Part shown: positions 24,994 through 34,384 of the stretch, one piece after another
How positions within the stretch are numbered: position 1 is the first letter of the stretch
Layout of the letters: each line of letters starts with the position of its first letter
Origin: Candidatus Altimarinota bacterium
GTDB lineage: Bacteria; Patescibacteriota; Gracilibacteria; JBDHUY01
Direction: 5' to 3'
Assembly (NCBI GenBank): GCA_039809385.1
Contig: JBDHUY010000017.1
Location: 1 to 37,330 of the forward strand
Length of the DNA: 37,330 bases
The notes under the pieces: generated by a model
The model's input: the letters and a program-made list of their open reading frames with translations, nothing else
Databases searched by the model: none
What the model was told of the DNA's origin: nothing
Program-made: the position numbers and the translations under genes

Positions 24994-27924
24994 ATGCCAA
25001 CCAATACCCGTGAAATCGGCTTTGAAGCCTACATTGAAACCATTCTTGTCGACCAGAATGGCTATGAAAAGCGCAAACCTGAAAGCTACGATAAAGCTCT
25101 ATGCGTCGACCGTGAGGTGACATTGCGGTTTATCAAGGAAACTCAGCCGAAGGAATGGGAACTTTTGGCAGAGCATCATGGCAGTTTTGCTGAAGATAAG
25201 TTTTTTAAGCGGCTGAATGAGGAAATTAAGGCTCGGGGACTACTGGATGTGCTGCGTACTGGCCTTAAAGACAATGGTTCGTCTTTTTCTTTGGCTTACT
25301 TCAAGCCTGTAACGAGCATTAATGAAGAAACCCGCAAACTCTATGAAGGAAATATTTTTAGCGTGATGCGTCAGGTGAAGTACAGTACCCGTAACGAAAA
25401 TTCGATCGATATGGTGATTTTTTTGAACGGTTTGCCGATTTTTACGATTGAACTCAAAAATCAGCTAACGGGGCAGTCTGTGACGAACGCTTTGAGGCAA
25501 TACAAGACCGATCGCGATCCTAACGAGCCGTTGTTGCAATTTAAACGGGCTTTGACGCACTTTGCTGTGGATACCGACGAAGTGTACATGACGACCAAGC
25601 TTGAGGGGCTTAAAACCTTTTTCTTGCCCTTTAACAAAGGCAATGAAATGTCCGCAGGTAATCCGCCAGCCAAGAACAAATACAAAACAGAGTACGTTTG
25701 GGAGGATATTTGGACAAAAGACACTGTTCTTGAGATAGTTAGCCGATTTTTATGCCTGCAAAAAGAAGAAAAGATTGATGCAAGCGGCAAAAAGAGGATT
25801 GAAGAAAAATTGATTTTCCCGCGTTATCACCAGCTTGATGCGGTTCGCAGGCTTATTACGGACTCAAAGGAAAGTGGTGCAGGAAAAAACTATCTCATTC
25901 AACACAGTGCGGGAAGCGGAAAGAGTAATACGATTGCGTGGGTTGCGCACCGTCTTGCGGATTTGCATGATGATGCGGATAAGAAAGTTTTTGATTCCGT
26001 GATTATCATTACTGACCGTAGGGTGCTTGATAAACAGCTTCAGAATACGGTTGCGCAGTTTGAGCAAGTTCGGGGAGTGGTGAAGAAGATCGACAAACAC
26101 AGTTCTCAGCTGCGTGAAGCCTTGGAGAGTGGGGAGAAAATTATCATCACGACTTTGCAGAAATTTCCCGTGATTGTGGAGGATATGGAGAAATTATCGG
26201 GCAAAAACTTTGCGGTCATCATCGATGAGGCGCATTCGTCTCAAACTGGTGAAAGTGCGAAGACACTTAAACAGGTTCTGACTTTCGATGAACAGGAAAA
26301 GGATTATGAGGACGGTGAAGAGTTTATTTTGAAAGAGATGAAATCACGTGGAAGACAAAAGAATGTGAGCTTTTTGGCTTTTACCGCGACTCCAAAACAA
26401 AAGACACTGGAAATGTTTGGAGAAAAGCAGTTTGATGGAACCTTCAGGCCATTCTCGATTTATTCAATGAAACAGGCGATTGACGAAGGCTTTATTCTGG
26501 ATGTTCTCAAAAATTACACCACATACCAGATGTATTTTAACCTGCTCAAAAAAGTGCAGGACGATCCCGATTATAAGAAAAAGAAGGCTCAAAGGCTGAT
26601 GGTGGATTTTGTTGGCAAACATGAAGTGGCGATCCAAAAGAAAATCGAAATTATTGTGACTCATTTCTGGGAAAATATTGCTCGTGAAATTGGTGGTAAA
26701 GCCAAAGCGATGATTGTAACCCGCTCACGTTTGCACGCTGTACGTTTCAAGCTGGAGATGGATGCCTATCTTGCGAAAAATAATTTACCGATGAAGTCAC
26801 TGGTTGCTTTTTCTGGAACGGTGGATGATGGCGACTTGGAATACACCGAATCGCAAATGAATGGTGTTTCGGAAAATCAGACGGCGGACACTTTCAAAGA
26901 AGATGATTACAAGTTTTTGATTGTAGCGGAGAAATTCCAAACTGGCTTTGATGAGCCACTTTTGACCGCTATGTATGTGGATAAAAAGCTTTCTGGAGTG
27001 AACTGTGTGCAGACACTTTCGCGCTTGAATCGGACAAGACCAGACAAGGAGGAAACGTTTGTGTTGGATTTTGTGAATAATACGGACGACATTAAGGAAT
27101 CCTTCCAGCCTTATTACACGACAACGGTGCTTGCTGAGGCGACTGATCCAAATATCCTGCATGATTTGCAGCGCGATATTTTGAATTACAAACTTTTTGA
27201 TGAACGAGAGATTGGCAAGTTTTGTAAGATGTATTTCCGTGGAGTTTCGCCAAGTGAACTCAATGGATTTTTGGACGAAATTAAGCCGCGTTTTCTGGAA
27301 CTCGATAAAGAACAACAAACGGACTGTAGAAAGAAAATGAGCGAATATCTCAAGAAATACGCCTTTATTTCACAGATCATTTCGTTTAGCGATAGTAGTC
27401 TTGAAAAGCTGTATGTTTTTTTGCGGCTTTATCGCAGAAAATTGCCGATAACAACAGAGACATTGCCATTTGAGGTACTCGACTCGGTTGATCTGGAATC
27501 GATCAAAATACCGCAAGTTGGACAAACCAGTATTACGCTCGAAAATGAGGATGGTGCACTTGAACCGATTGCGGGGCGTGGTAGAGGGAAGAATGAAGAT
27601 GAGAATGAGGCGTTGTCGAAGATTATCAAAGAGGTCAATGAGCGCTTTGGCACAACGTTCAGTGAGGAGGATCGAATCATATTGAACAACCTTACCAAAC
27701 GCCTACTCGACCACAATGCGCTTGCGGGGGCGGTTAAAAACAATAATTCACAAGATGCGGTGAAGGTGAAATTTGATGAGGTGTTTGAAAAGGAGCTTAT
27801 CTCAATGTTCCGCAATAATTTTGATCTGTACCAGAAGCTGGATTCAAATGCTGACTTGAAAGACTACGTGAACCGAAAGATGTTTGATTTTATTCAGAAA
27901 AAATTGAAGAAGGATAAAGAATAA
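24994..27924 (+). CDS. hsdR: type I restriction endonuclease subunit R
   Basis: IDMV.FLNGLP..TIELKN nuclease motif, HSAGSGKS Walker A, DEAH, FTATP, QTGFDEP, QTLSRLNR. Confidence 0.96.
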   Translation: MPTNTREIGFEAYIETILVDQNGYEKRKPESYDKALCVDREVTLRFIKETQPKEWELLAEHHGSFAEDKFFKRLNEEIKARGLLDVLRTGLKDNGSSFSLAYFKPVTSINEETRKLYEGNIFSVMRQVKYSTRNENSIDMVIFLNGLPIFTIELKNQLTGQSVTNALRQYKTDRDPNEPLLQFKRALTHFAVDTDEVYMTTKLEGLKTFFLPFNKGNEMSAGNPPAKNKYKTEYVWEDIWTKDTVLEIVSRFLCLQKEEKIDASGKKRIEEKLIFPRYHQLDAVRRLITDSKESGAGKNYLIQHSAGSGKSNTIAWVAHRLADLHDDADKKVFDSVIIITDRRVLDKQLQNTVAQFEQVRGVVKKIDKHSSQLREALESGEKIIITTLQKFPVIVEDMEKLSGKNFAVIIDEAHSSQTGESAKTLKQVLTFDEQEKDYEDGEEFILKEMKSRGRQKNVSFLAFTATPKQKTLEMFGEKQFDGTFRPFSIYSMKQAIDEGFILDVLKNYTTYQMYFNLLKKVQDDPDYKKKKAQRLMVDFVGKHEVAIQKKIEIIVTHFWENIAREIGGKAKAMIVTRSRLHAVRFKLEMDAYLAKNNLPMKSLVAFSGTVDDGDLEYTESQMNGVSENQTADTFKEDDYKFLIVAEKFQTGFDEPLLTAMYVDKKLSGVNCVQTLSRLNRTRPDKEETFVLDFVNNTDDIKESFQPYYTTTVLAEATDPNILHDLQRDILNYKLFDEREIGKFCKMYFRGVSPSELNGFLDEIKPRFLELDKEQQTDCRKKMSEYLKKYAFISQIISFSDSSLEKLYVFLRLYRRKLPITTETLPFEVLDSVDLESIKIPQVGQTSITLENEDGALEPIAGRGRGKNEDENEALSKIIKEVNERFGTTFSEEDRIILNNLTKRLLDHNALAGAVKNNNSQDAVKVKFDEVFEKELISMFRNNFDLYQKLDSNADLKDYVNRKMFDFIQKKLKKDKE

Positions 27925-27936
27925 TTTGACCCGCTT

Positions 27937-28695
27937 ATGGCTATCGTTGTTAAACATGAAGATGTAATACAAAATCAGAATTATGGGCGTTCCATAAATC
28001 AGATTCTCACGTGGCACGTGAAGCCTATTTTGGGGAAAGGAAAGGATTGTTTTGTGATGGAGGATTTTAGGGCAGTATTAGTGGAAATGTTTGATGATGG
28101 CAGATCTCCTTTAGTAAAGCTGAATGGTGATTTTAAAATGAGTATTGAATTTAAAAGCCCAAAGATTAATCCATCCGATGTTGGAAAAAATATTTCGATG
28201 GATTTGAGGGAAATCAAAGAAATTTCTTGGGTTGATACCGAAACTGATGGAAATTCTGGAAAGATCATGATTATCAGATTTAATAAGGACTATTGGTTAT
28301 TAAATTTTGATTTTCGTTATAACAAAAAAGACGCTAAAAAGAAGGCTGAAAGGGCAAATGAATTCTTGAGTGTTTGTAAAACCGTTATTAAAAAGAAAGA
28401 GTTTTGCCCTAATGTTTTTGTGTATTTGATTTGGTCATGTGCTGAATTGATTTTGGATACGAAACTGTTTTTATTTGCACAAAAGCCAAAGACAAATCAC
28501 GATGATCGTTTGAAGAAACTTAAAATATGGGAAAAATCCTTTTTTTCTCAGGAATTTGCGGATTTGTTTGCGAGGATATCATCTGTAAAAAATGAAGCGC
28601 GTTATGCCCTTGGTGGAAATTTTAATTATTTGAAGAAACAAGGAATATCTGATGTTAAAATCTTACAAAAAGAAATAAGAACAATTACTTTTTAG
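27937..28695 (+). CDS. hypothetical protein with C-terminal HEPN-like domain
   Basis: A.EFL..C ... AEL.L ... KTNH ... KNEARY resembles the HEPN helices and RxxARY motif. Confidence 0.55.
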   Translation: MAIVVKHEDVIQNQNYGRSINQILTWHVKPILGKGKDCFVMEDFRAVLVEMFDDGRSPLVKLNGDFKMSIEFKSPKINPSDVGKNISMDLREIKEISWVDTETDGNSGKIMIIRFNKDYWLLNFDFRYNKKDAKKKAERANEFLSVCKTVIKKKEFCPNVFVYLIWSCAELILDTKLFLFAQKPKTNHDDRLKKLKIWEKSFFSQEFADLFARISSVKNEARYALGGNFNYLKKQGISDVKILQKEIRTITF

Positions 28696-28704
28696 GCAAT
28701 TTTC

Positions 28705-28732
28705 TTGCATCCCTGTTCCGAATTAGTATAAT
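28705..28732 (+). promoter_or_regulatory. candidate sigma70 promoter
   Basis: TTGCAT-N16-TATAAT. Confidence 0.5.
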
Positions 28733-28759
28733 TACCTCGTAAGATTTTGAGTCTCTAAA

Positions 28760-28805
28760 GACCAGTTTGTCCACGAAAACGTGGGCGAAAAACTGGCCTT
28801 TTTTT
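28760..28805 (+). terminator. terminator-like hairpin
   Basis: CCAGTTT-GTCCACG-aaaa-CGTGGGC-...AAACTGG followed by a T run. Confidence 0.6.
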
Positions 28806-28851
28806 GTGTTCCAAAATCTTGCGAATGTTACAAATGTTATACGGACAGGCT

Positions 28852-29130
28852 ATGTTAGGAAAACCGCATACAATAAAGGCAAAAAAGAAATTCCTTGAGG
28901 CGCTGAAAAAGCGTCGGGGGATTGTGACGCTTGCGTGTAAGGAAGCGGATGTTTCGCCGATGACTTTCTACCGCTGGCAGAACGATGATTCCGAATTTTA
29001 CCAGATGTCTGATGAAATTCGGGATGTTGAAATTGGCATCATTGCCGAGGACAGACTGGCCGAATACATCATCGTACACAAAGACCCGAACATGATCCGC
29101 TTTTATCTGCAGTCCAGAAGCAGGAAGTAC
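28852..29130 (+). pseudogene. truncated phage-type HTH protein (terminase small subunit-like)
   Basis: KKKFLEAL....GIVTLAC..ADVS..TFYRW...D.EF...AEDRL...IRFYL..R...Y, then runs into recombinase DNA. Confidence 0.6.
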
Positions 29131-29131
29131 A

Positions 29132-30049
29132 TTCAAAGACTTTGTTTTTGCTGGGCTGATTTTGTGTGGATCGTGCGGTCATGCGGTTGTGACCGAAGAA
29201 AAGACCAAATACAAGTGCAATGAGTGTGGAACTTGGTTTACCTGCTCGTCCGCTCGACCAACTCCTACCGATTGTAAGCACTGCAAGAAGCCTTTGAGCA
29301 GGCAGGCGCTGGAAAACAGCTCTTACTACTGCTATGCCCACTGTTCGGGCAAAAATAAGGAAAAGAAATTTTGTCCGCAAACTTTTCACCCAAATAAAAG
29401 ACCCAAACCAACTATTCCCGTGATTGAGCTGGAAAAGCAGGTTGATGACATGTTGAACAGGCTTTCGATGGATGAAGAGGTTTATGCCTACTGCATCGGT
29501 ACCCTAAAAGACGAACACTTTCAGAATAAGATCGTTCAGAACCAGTCTTTGACGCTTTTACAGAGAGATCACAAGCGTATCAAGGAAAAACTCGATAAAC
29601 TGGTCGATTTGAGGCTTGCTGCAGAGATTGATGCCGACTATTTCGCAAACAAAAAATCCGAGCTGGAGACAAACCTCAAAGAAATCATGCAGCAACTTGA
29701 GAAGTTTAATCAGAAAAATACCGATTGGGTCGAACAGACCGAAACCTTCCTAAATATGGCTTCCAGAGCTAGTCTTGCGTTCAAAAAAGGAGATAATCCT
29801 ACAAAACGGGAAATCCTAAAAAGCATCAGCTCGCACATCTATTTGCAGGGTGGAAAACTACGCTTCGAATTCCGCAAACCTTTCGACATCTTACTCAAAG
29901 AACCGCCAACACAAGCCTTAGACGATGTGTCGAAAAATCAGGAGTTCGAACCAAACGGACATCAGGAAAAAGCCAAAATATCTGCTTTTGGCTCTCGTTT
30001 TTCTGAATGGCTCCGGAGGTGGGGTTCGAACCCACAACCTTGCGATTAA
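29132..30049 (+). pseudogene. C-terminal fragment of a large serine recombinase (zinc ribbon + coiled coil); catalytic domain missing
   Basis: F.FAGLILCGSCG...YCYAHC...C zinc ribbon, coiled coil, KREIL, F.KPFD; in-frame TGA at 29093 upstream. Confidence 0.8.
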
Positions 30050-30082
30050 CAGTCGCCTGCTCCACCATTGAGCTACTCCGGA
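30008..30082 (-). tRNA. tRNA-Asn(GTT)
   Basis: TCCGGAG TAGCTCAATGGTGGAGC A GGCGA CTGTTAA TCGCA AGGTT GTGGG TTCGAAC CCCAC CTCCGGA G CCA cloverleaf. Confidence 0.97.
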
Positions 30083-30241
30083 AAGATGCGTTTGAGATCC
30101 TATATCAAAAACGCAAAAAGCAGTATAACCAAGCACGCTACTATTGGCAAGTGAAACTAACATATAGCGGCCAGCCCCAAAGGGGCCCCTTCGCGGCAAT
30201 CATAAATCGGAAATCATAATTATACCTAATACCCTGCCTCC

Positions 30242-31468
30242 CTAGATCGAGACTCCCTTCAACTCGACTCCTGAAACGGCAAAGTTAAACGGTTCTCCCG
30301 GCTCAGCTGTCTCGTCCCGGACCATGTCGGTAAGGTAAATCTTCCCCTTTTCTCCGCAATCCTGGGACAGCTTGGAAGCGACATTCACCGGTTCTCCGAA
30401 AATATCGTTCGTCTCATTCTCCAGACGGAAAGACAGAACTTCGCCCCGATGAATGCCCATGCTTACCCGAATCCCGAGCTGGTCCAATTGCTGACGTAGA
30501 GTCCGGGAAAACCTTATTGCATCACGGGAATCGTCAAACGTATAGATGCCGATGGTCGCTCCCGTCTTTACTTCCTGGCCCCGATACTCGTTCAATAAAT
30601 CCATGGCCGTATGCTTGATCACTGCGTCGTAGGCGAGATCGTTTAGCAGATGAACGAGGGGAGAGATTTCCTGCGGCCTTTCTCGTTCCAGATAGATCAC
30701 CGTTTTGGTGGAAATATATTTTTGTTTTAGCGCCTGAATCGTTTCCGTCTCGGGATGGAGCGGCAAATTATGCAGTTCGTTATAGAAATCTCGCGAAAAG
30801 GGAATCGGGTAATTTGTATTCGTAGCAACCAATTCGGGTAAACCCGGCCCTCCTTTTATTCGAAAGAGACTCTCGAGTTCTCCGCTAATGTCGCTGCGGG
30901 GCTGTACCGGAAAAAGCGGAGTACTGATACGGTCATAAAGCGATTTACTGATAACAATTTCGCCGCCTTCGGTATCGACTTCTGCCACATGATCGATGAA
31001 GTTTGCTTCCACGCCGTATAAAGAGCCTTCCAGGTTGTAGAATTCGCCCCAGTCGGCAGCCATTCCGATCTGGACACGGCTGTCTTTGAGCCGTGCCTGT
31101 ATTTCCACTAAAGCCGATACAACCGTATCTGGCGCTATCCCTTCTTGATAGAACATTTGTGTATTGTCTTGTGTCCAGATGCCCGCCGGTCGTCCGCCGA
31201 TTGCAGTTCCTACGGCATGAACGAGCTCTTTTGGTCGATTGATTGCGGCCAGAACTTCTACCATATCCATCTGCTTGGACATCTTGGTGAGACCCGCACT
31301 GTCGGAGCAGACCAGGATGCCGGAGGTTTTGTACGGTTCCAGTAATTTTGCCGCATCCTGGGTTGTTTTTGCGCTTTCCGCCCAGGTTTGCAAGAGTTCT
31401 ATCGGCAGCGTTCCGGCACTGCTGGCAGGCAGGTCGAACAGGGCGGGCGAAAACGAAAGAGGAGTCAT
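30242..31468 (-). CDS. class III nucleotide cyclase-like protein with two tandem cyclase domains
   Basis: SDSAGLT, QDN, IGM...G and GGEIVIS in the first half; EVKT, SMGIHRGEV, DIFGEPVNVASKL in the second half. Confidence 0.75.
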   Translation of the reverse strand: MTPLSFSPALFDLPASSAGTLPIELLQTWAESAKTTQDAAKLLEPYKTSGILVCSDSAGLTKMSKQMDMVEVLAAINRPKELVHAVGTAIGGRPAGIWTQDNTQMFYQEGIAPDTVVSALVEIQARLKDSRVQIGMAADWGEFYNLEGSLYGVEANFIDHVAEVDTEGGEIVISKSLYDRISTPLFPVQPRSDISGELESLFRIKGGPGLPELVATNTNYPIPFSRDFYNELHNLPLHPETETIQALKQKYISTKTVIYLERERPQEISPLVHLLNDLAYDAVIKHTAMDLLNEYRGQEVKTGATIGIYTFDDSRDAIRFSRTLRQQLDQLGIRVSMGIHRGEVLSFRLENETNDIFGEPVNVASKLSQDCGEKGKIYLTDMVRDETAEPGEPFNFAVSGVELKGVSI

Positions 31469-31540
31469 GGGAGGGAGGAGTTAGGAGATGAAGGTGAGGT
31501 TGAGGTAGTAGCAGATCCAGGTATTTGCCCTAATCCAAAA

Positions 31541-31750
31541 TGAAGAATCAAGAATCAAGAATATAGAATCTGGAATAAAGGGAATAGAAATTGAAATTAA
31601 TAGAAATTAGTAAAAATTAGTTACTACTGACAGATACTTCTTTCGTTTTTCAAAGTGTAACCTCTCTGTTCTTCTTGCTTTGCTGTTCACTCTGAGCTGT
31701 CGGCTGTTCGCTGTTTGCTCCAGACTCCCAACTCCCTTCTCCGATCTCCT
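31541..31750. repeat. composite short-repeat element (GAATCAA/AGAAATT arrays, spacer, inverted GCTAACA/GGGAGTC-type arrays)
   Basis: seen directly; related to 34385-34630. Confidence 0.7.
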
Positions 31751-31859
31751 TTCATTCTAGCAAATCCATAGCAGTTTCAAGTGAGTAGCTCCAAAATCTC
31801 TTTTCGCAAAATCTAAAAGATGGTATAGAACATAAAAGAAATATTTACAATGTTGCTTC

Positions 31860-32438
31860 ATGAAAAGAATTATATTGGCTTCTACATCGCCGCGTCGCAA
31901 GGAATTGATGGAAAAGAGCGGTTTGCCCTTTGAAATCGCCACAGGCGGATACGAAGAAGACATGAGTCTGCCTTTGTCTCCCAAGCGTTTGGCTAAACAT
32001 TTATCCCAAGGGAAAGCCCGGGCTGTAGCTCCCGGTTTTTCGAATGCGATTATTATTGCCGCCGATACGTTTATCGTATATCAAGACCGGCTGTTAGGAA
32101 AACCCCATACAACCGTTAAGGCTCGGGAAATGCTTTCTTTACTTAGCGGGAAAGCTCATTCGGTGATAACCGGTTTTACGATTATCGATACGGCAAGCGG
32201 AAAGACCGTTTCCAGGACCGAAGAAACCAGGGTATATTTCCGCAAACTGGATAAGACAGACATTGCGCGTTACATCCGTACCAAAGAACCGCTCGATAAA
32301 GCCGGGGCTTACGCGATCCAGGGATTGGGAGCGGTATTCGTCAAAAAGATCGAGGGTGACTATTGCAATGTGATGGGCTTTCCTCTTTGTGCGATTGTGG
32401 AAATACTCAAGCGCGAGTTCGGAATAAAGTTTCTGTAA
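31860..32438 (+). CDS. maf: Maf family nucleoside triphosphate pyrophosphatase
   Basis: ILASTSPRRKEL, KA, ADT, GKP, DKAGAYAIQG, NVMGFP. Confidence 0.95.
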   Translation: MKRIILASTSPRRKELMEKSGLPFEIATGGYEEDMSLPLSPKRLAKHLSQGKARAVAPGFSNAIIIAADTFIVYQDRLLGKPHTTVKAREMLSLLSGKAHSVITGFTIIDTASGKTVSRTEETRVYFRKLDKTDIARYIRTKEPLDKAGAYAIQGLGAVFVKKIEGDYCNVMGFPLCAIVEILKREFGIKFL

Positions 32439-32444
32439 ATCCTA

Positions 32445-32483
32445 TGTAAAAAAGAGCGATTCTCAGAATCGCTCTTTTTTACA
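32445..32483. terminator. bidirectional terminator between convergent maf and trxA
   Basis: perfect 19-bp inverted repeat TGTAAAAAAGAGCGATTCT-c-AGAATCGCTCTTTTTTACA. Confidence 0.85.
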
Positions 32484-32513
32484 GTAACGTGTATCCTGGG
32501 AGATTCAGGATTT

Positions 32514-32909
32514 CTATTTCTCGTTGTTTTTGAGAAATTTGTTTAAGCGGCCGACAATATCTTCTTTGGGACGGGCACCCACGAACATATCGACCATTTT
32601 TCCATCTTGAAAGATCATCAACGTAGGGATACTGAGAATCCCGTATTCTCCCGGTACTTTCGGATTAGCGTCCACATCCATTTTTGCCACTTTCACTAAA
32701 CCGTACATCTCTTCGGCAATTTGCGCGACAACGGGACCGACTATTTTACAGGGGCCGCACCATACTGCCCAAAAATCTACCAGTACCAGCCCTTTTGATT
32801 GTAAGACCTCGCTCTCAAACATATCGTCGGTCAAATGCACAACCGGATCGATTGGTTTTCCGGTGGCCGGATCGATCGGGAGCTTTTGCGGAGCAGCTGT
32901 ATCATCCAT
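32514..32909 (-). CDS. trxA: thioredoxin
   Basis: VLVDFWAVWCGPCK, SIPTL. Confidence 0.95.
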   Translation of the reverse strand: MDDTAAPQKLPIDPATGKPIDPVVHLTDDMFESEVLQSKGLVLVDFWAVWCGPCKIVGPVVAQIAEEMYGLVKVAKMDVDANPKVPGEYGILSIPTLMIFQDGKMVDMFVGARPKEDIVGRLNKFLKNNEK

Positions 32910-33063
32910 AGAAAGAAGTATTAGGTATAAAGTAGATCGTAGTATGCATGGGGAGGAAATGGGTATTCTCCTATTTCTATCGTAAGTTTCACCAAGTCGT
33001 GCTTTTATGGTAACAAATTTGCGTCAAATGAAAAGACGAATTGTTGTGATTTTTCACACAGAA

Positions 33064-33097
33064 GCTAGCGGTCGGCAGTCAGCAATCAGCGGTCGGT
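33064..33097 (+). repeat. heptamer tandem repeat (GCGGTCG/GCAGTCA/GCAATCA)
   Basis: GCGGTCG GCAGTCA GCAATCA GCGGTCG seen directly. Confidence 0.65.
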
Positions 33098-33209
33098 CTT
33101 TTCATTCCCCCTGATAATGGGGAATGAAAGGGGGGCAGGACTAGCAATCATCAAGCATTGTTTATCAGTTCATGTTCCCCAACAGTATACCTAATACTTG
33201 CCTTTTCTC

Positions 33210-34304
33210 TCAGTTATTGAATTTAAATACTACCACATCTCCGTCCTGCATTACATATTCTTTTCCTTCCAGACGCACCTTGCCTTTTTCGCGGGCGCCG
33301 CTCCAGCCTTTTCCTTCCACAAAATCCTGCCAATGCACCACATCGGCCTTGATAAAGCCTTTTTCGAAATCGGTGTGAATGACTCCGGCGGCCTGCGGAG
33401 CCTTGAATCCTTTGCGAATCGTCCAAGCTTTGGATTCTTTTTCGCCGGAAGTGAAGTAGTACATGAGTCCCAGACTTTCAAACGCTGTTTTGATCAGCCG
33501 ATTCAACCCCGAATCCTGGATGCCGTATTGTTGCAAAAACTCCCGTGCTTCTGTTTCCTCAAGCCCGATCAATTCTTCTTCGAGTTTGGCCGAAATCGCG
33601 ATGACCGGTGTTTCCGGTGCCAGCTCCAGTTTGTCTCGATAGTCCTTTTCGCTAAAATCGGCTAATTGCTCTTCTTTCAGATTTACCGCAAATAAGAAAG
33701 GTTTGGCGGTAAGGAGGTGAAGCTCTTTTAAAATTGGTTTCTCTGCGTCGCTGATTTCGGTATTCTTGGCCAGTTTTCCCGCTCCCAGATCCGTTTTTAA
33801 CCGAGCTAACAGGTCAAGTTCGATCCGGGCGTCCTTGTCGCCGCTTTTGGCTTTTTTTTCGGTAGTGGAAAAACGTTTTTCCACCGTGTCCAAATCGGCG
33901 ATGATCAGTTCGGTATGAATGATTTCGGTGTCGCGTTTGGGATCGATCGAACCGGCCACGTGGAGAATATTTCCGTCTTCAAAGCCGCGTACCACCTCCA
34001 GGATTGCATCGACGTTACGGATATGGCTCAAAAAGGCGTTGCCTAAACCCTCACCCTTGCTGGCTCCTTCTACCAGCCCGGCGATATCGACGAACTCCAC
34101 GATCGCCGGAACAACCTTTTCCGATTTCGATACCAAGGCCAGTTCATTTAAACGCGGATCCTGGACTTCCACGACGCCCACGTTCGGATCAATAGTACAA
34201 AAGGGATAATTGGCAGCCTGGGCGGCTTTGGTGCGGGTCAGGGCGTTAAACAGTGTGGATTTGCCGACATTGGGCAGTCCCACGATACCGATTTGCAAGC
34301 TCAT
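33210..34304 (-). CDS. ychF: redox-regulated ATPase YchF
   Basis: GIVGLPNVGKSTLFNALT, ANYPFCTIDPN, DIAGLV.GAS.GEGLGN.FL, C-terminal TGS domain. Confidence 0.97.
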   Translation of the reverse strand: MSLQIGIVGLPNVGKSTLFNALTRTKAAQAANYPFCTIDPNVGVVEVQDPRLNELALVSKSEKVVPAIVEFVDIAGLVEGASKGEGLGNAFLSHIRNVDAILEVVRGFEDGNILHVAGSIDPKRDTEIIHTELIIADLDTVEKRFSTTEKKAKSGDKDARIELDLLARLKTDLGAGKLAKNTEISDAEKPILKELHLLTAKPFLFAVNLKEEQLADFSEKDYRDKLELAPETPVIAISAKLEEELIGLEETEAREFLQQYGIQDSGLNRLIKTAFESLGLMYYFTSGEKESKAWTIRKGFKAPQAAGVIHTDFEKGFIKADVVHWQDFVEGKGWSGAREKGKVRLEGKEYVMQDGDVVVFKFNN

Positions 34305-34384
34305 AGATTTATGGATGACGTTTAAAAAACGGGTACAGTATAGTACATTCTTGGCAAAAATCTCAAACGGAAAGTTTGCCAGTA

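Larger units (their letters stand above)
17492..30014. mobile_element. integrated defence island at tRNA-Asn (serine recombinase type, defective)
   Basis: recombinase remnant reads into the tRNA 3' end; GGCTCC core at 17492-17497 and 30009-30014; cargo is all on the + strand; no host heptamer repeats seen inside. Confidence 0.7.

Noticed and set aside
17492-30014. Intact prophage or ICE
   Set aside because: There are no structural, replication or conjugation genes, and the recombinase lacks its catalytic domain
30007-30219. ORFs 30007-30219 and 29918-30199
   Set aside because: They are shadow translations of tRNA-Asn
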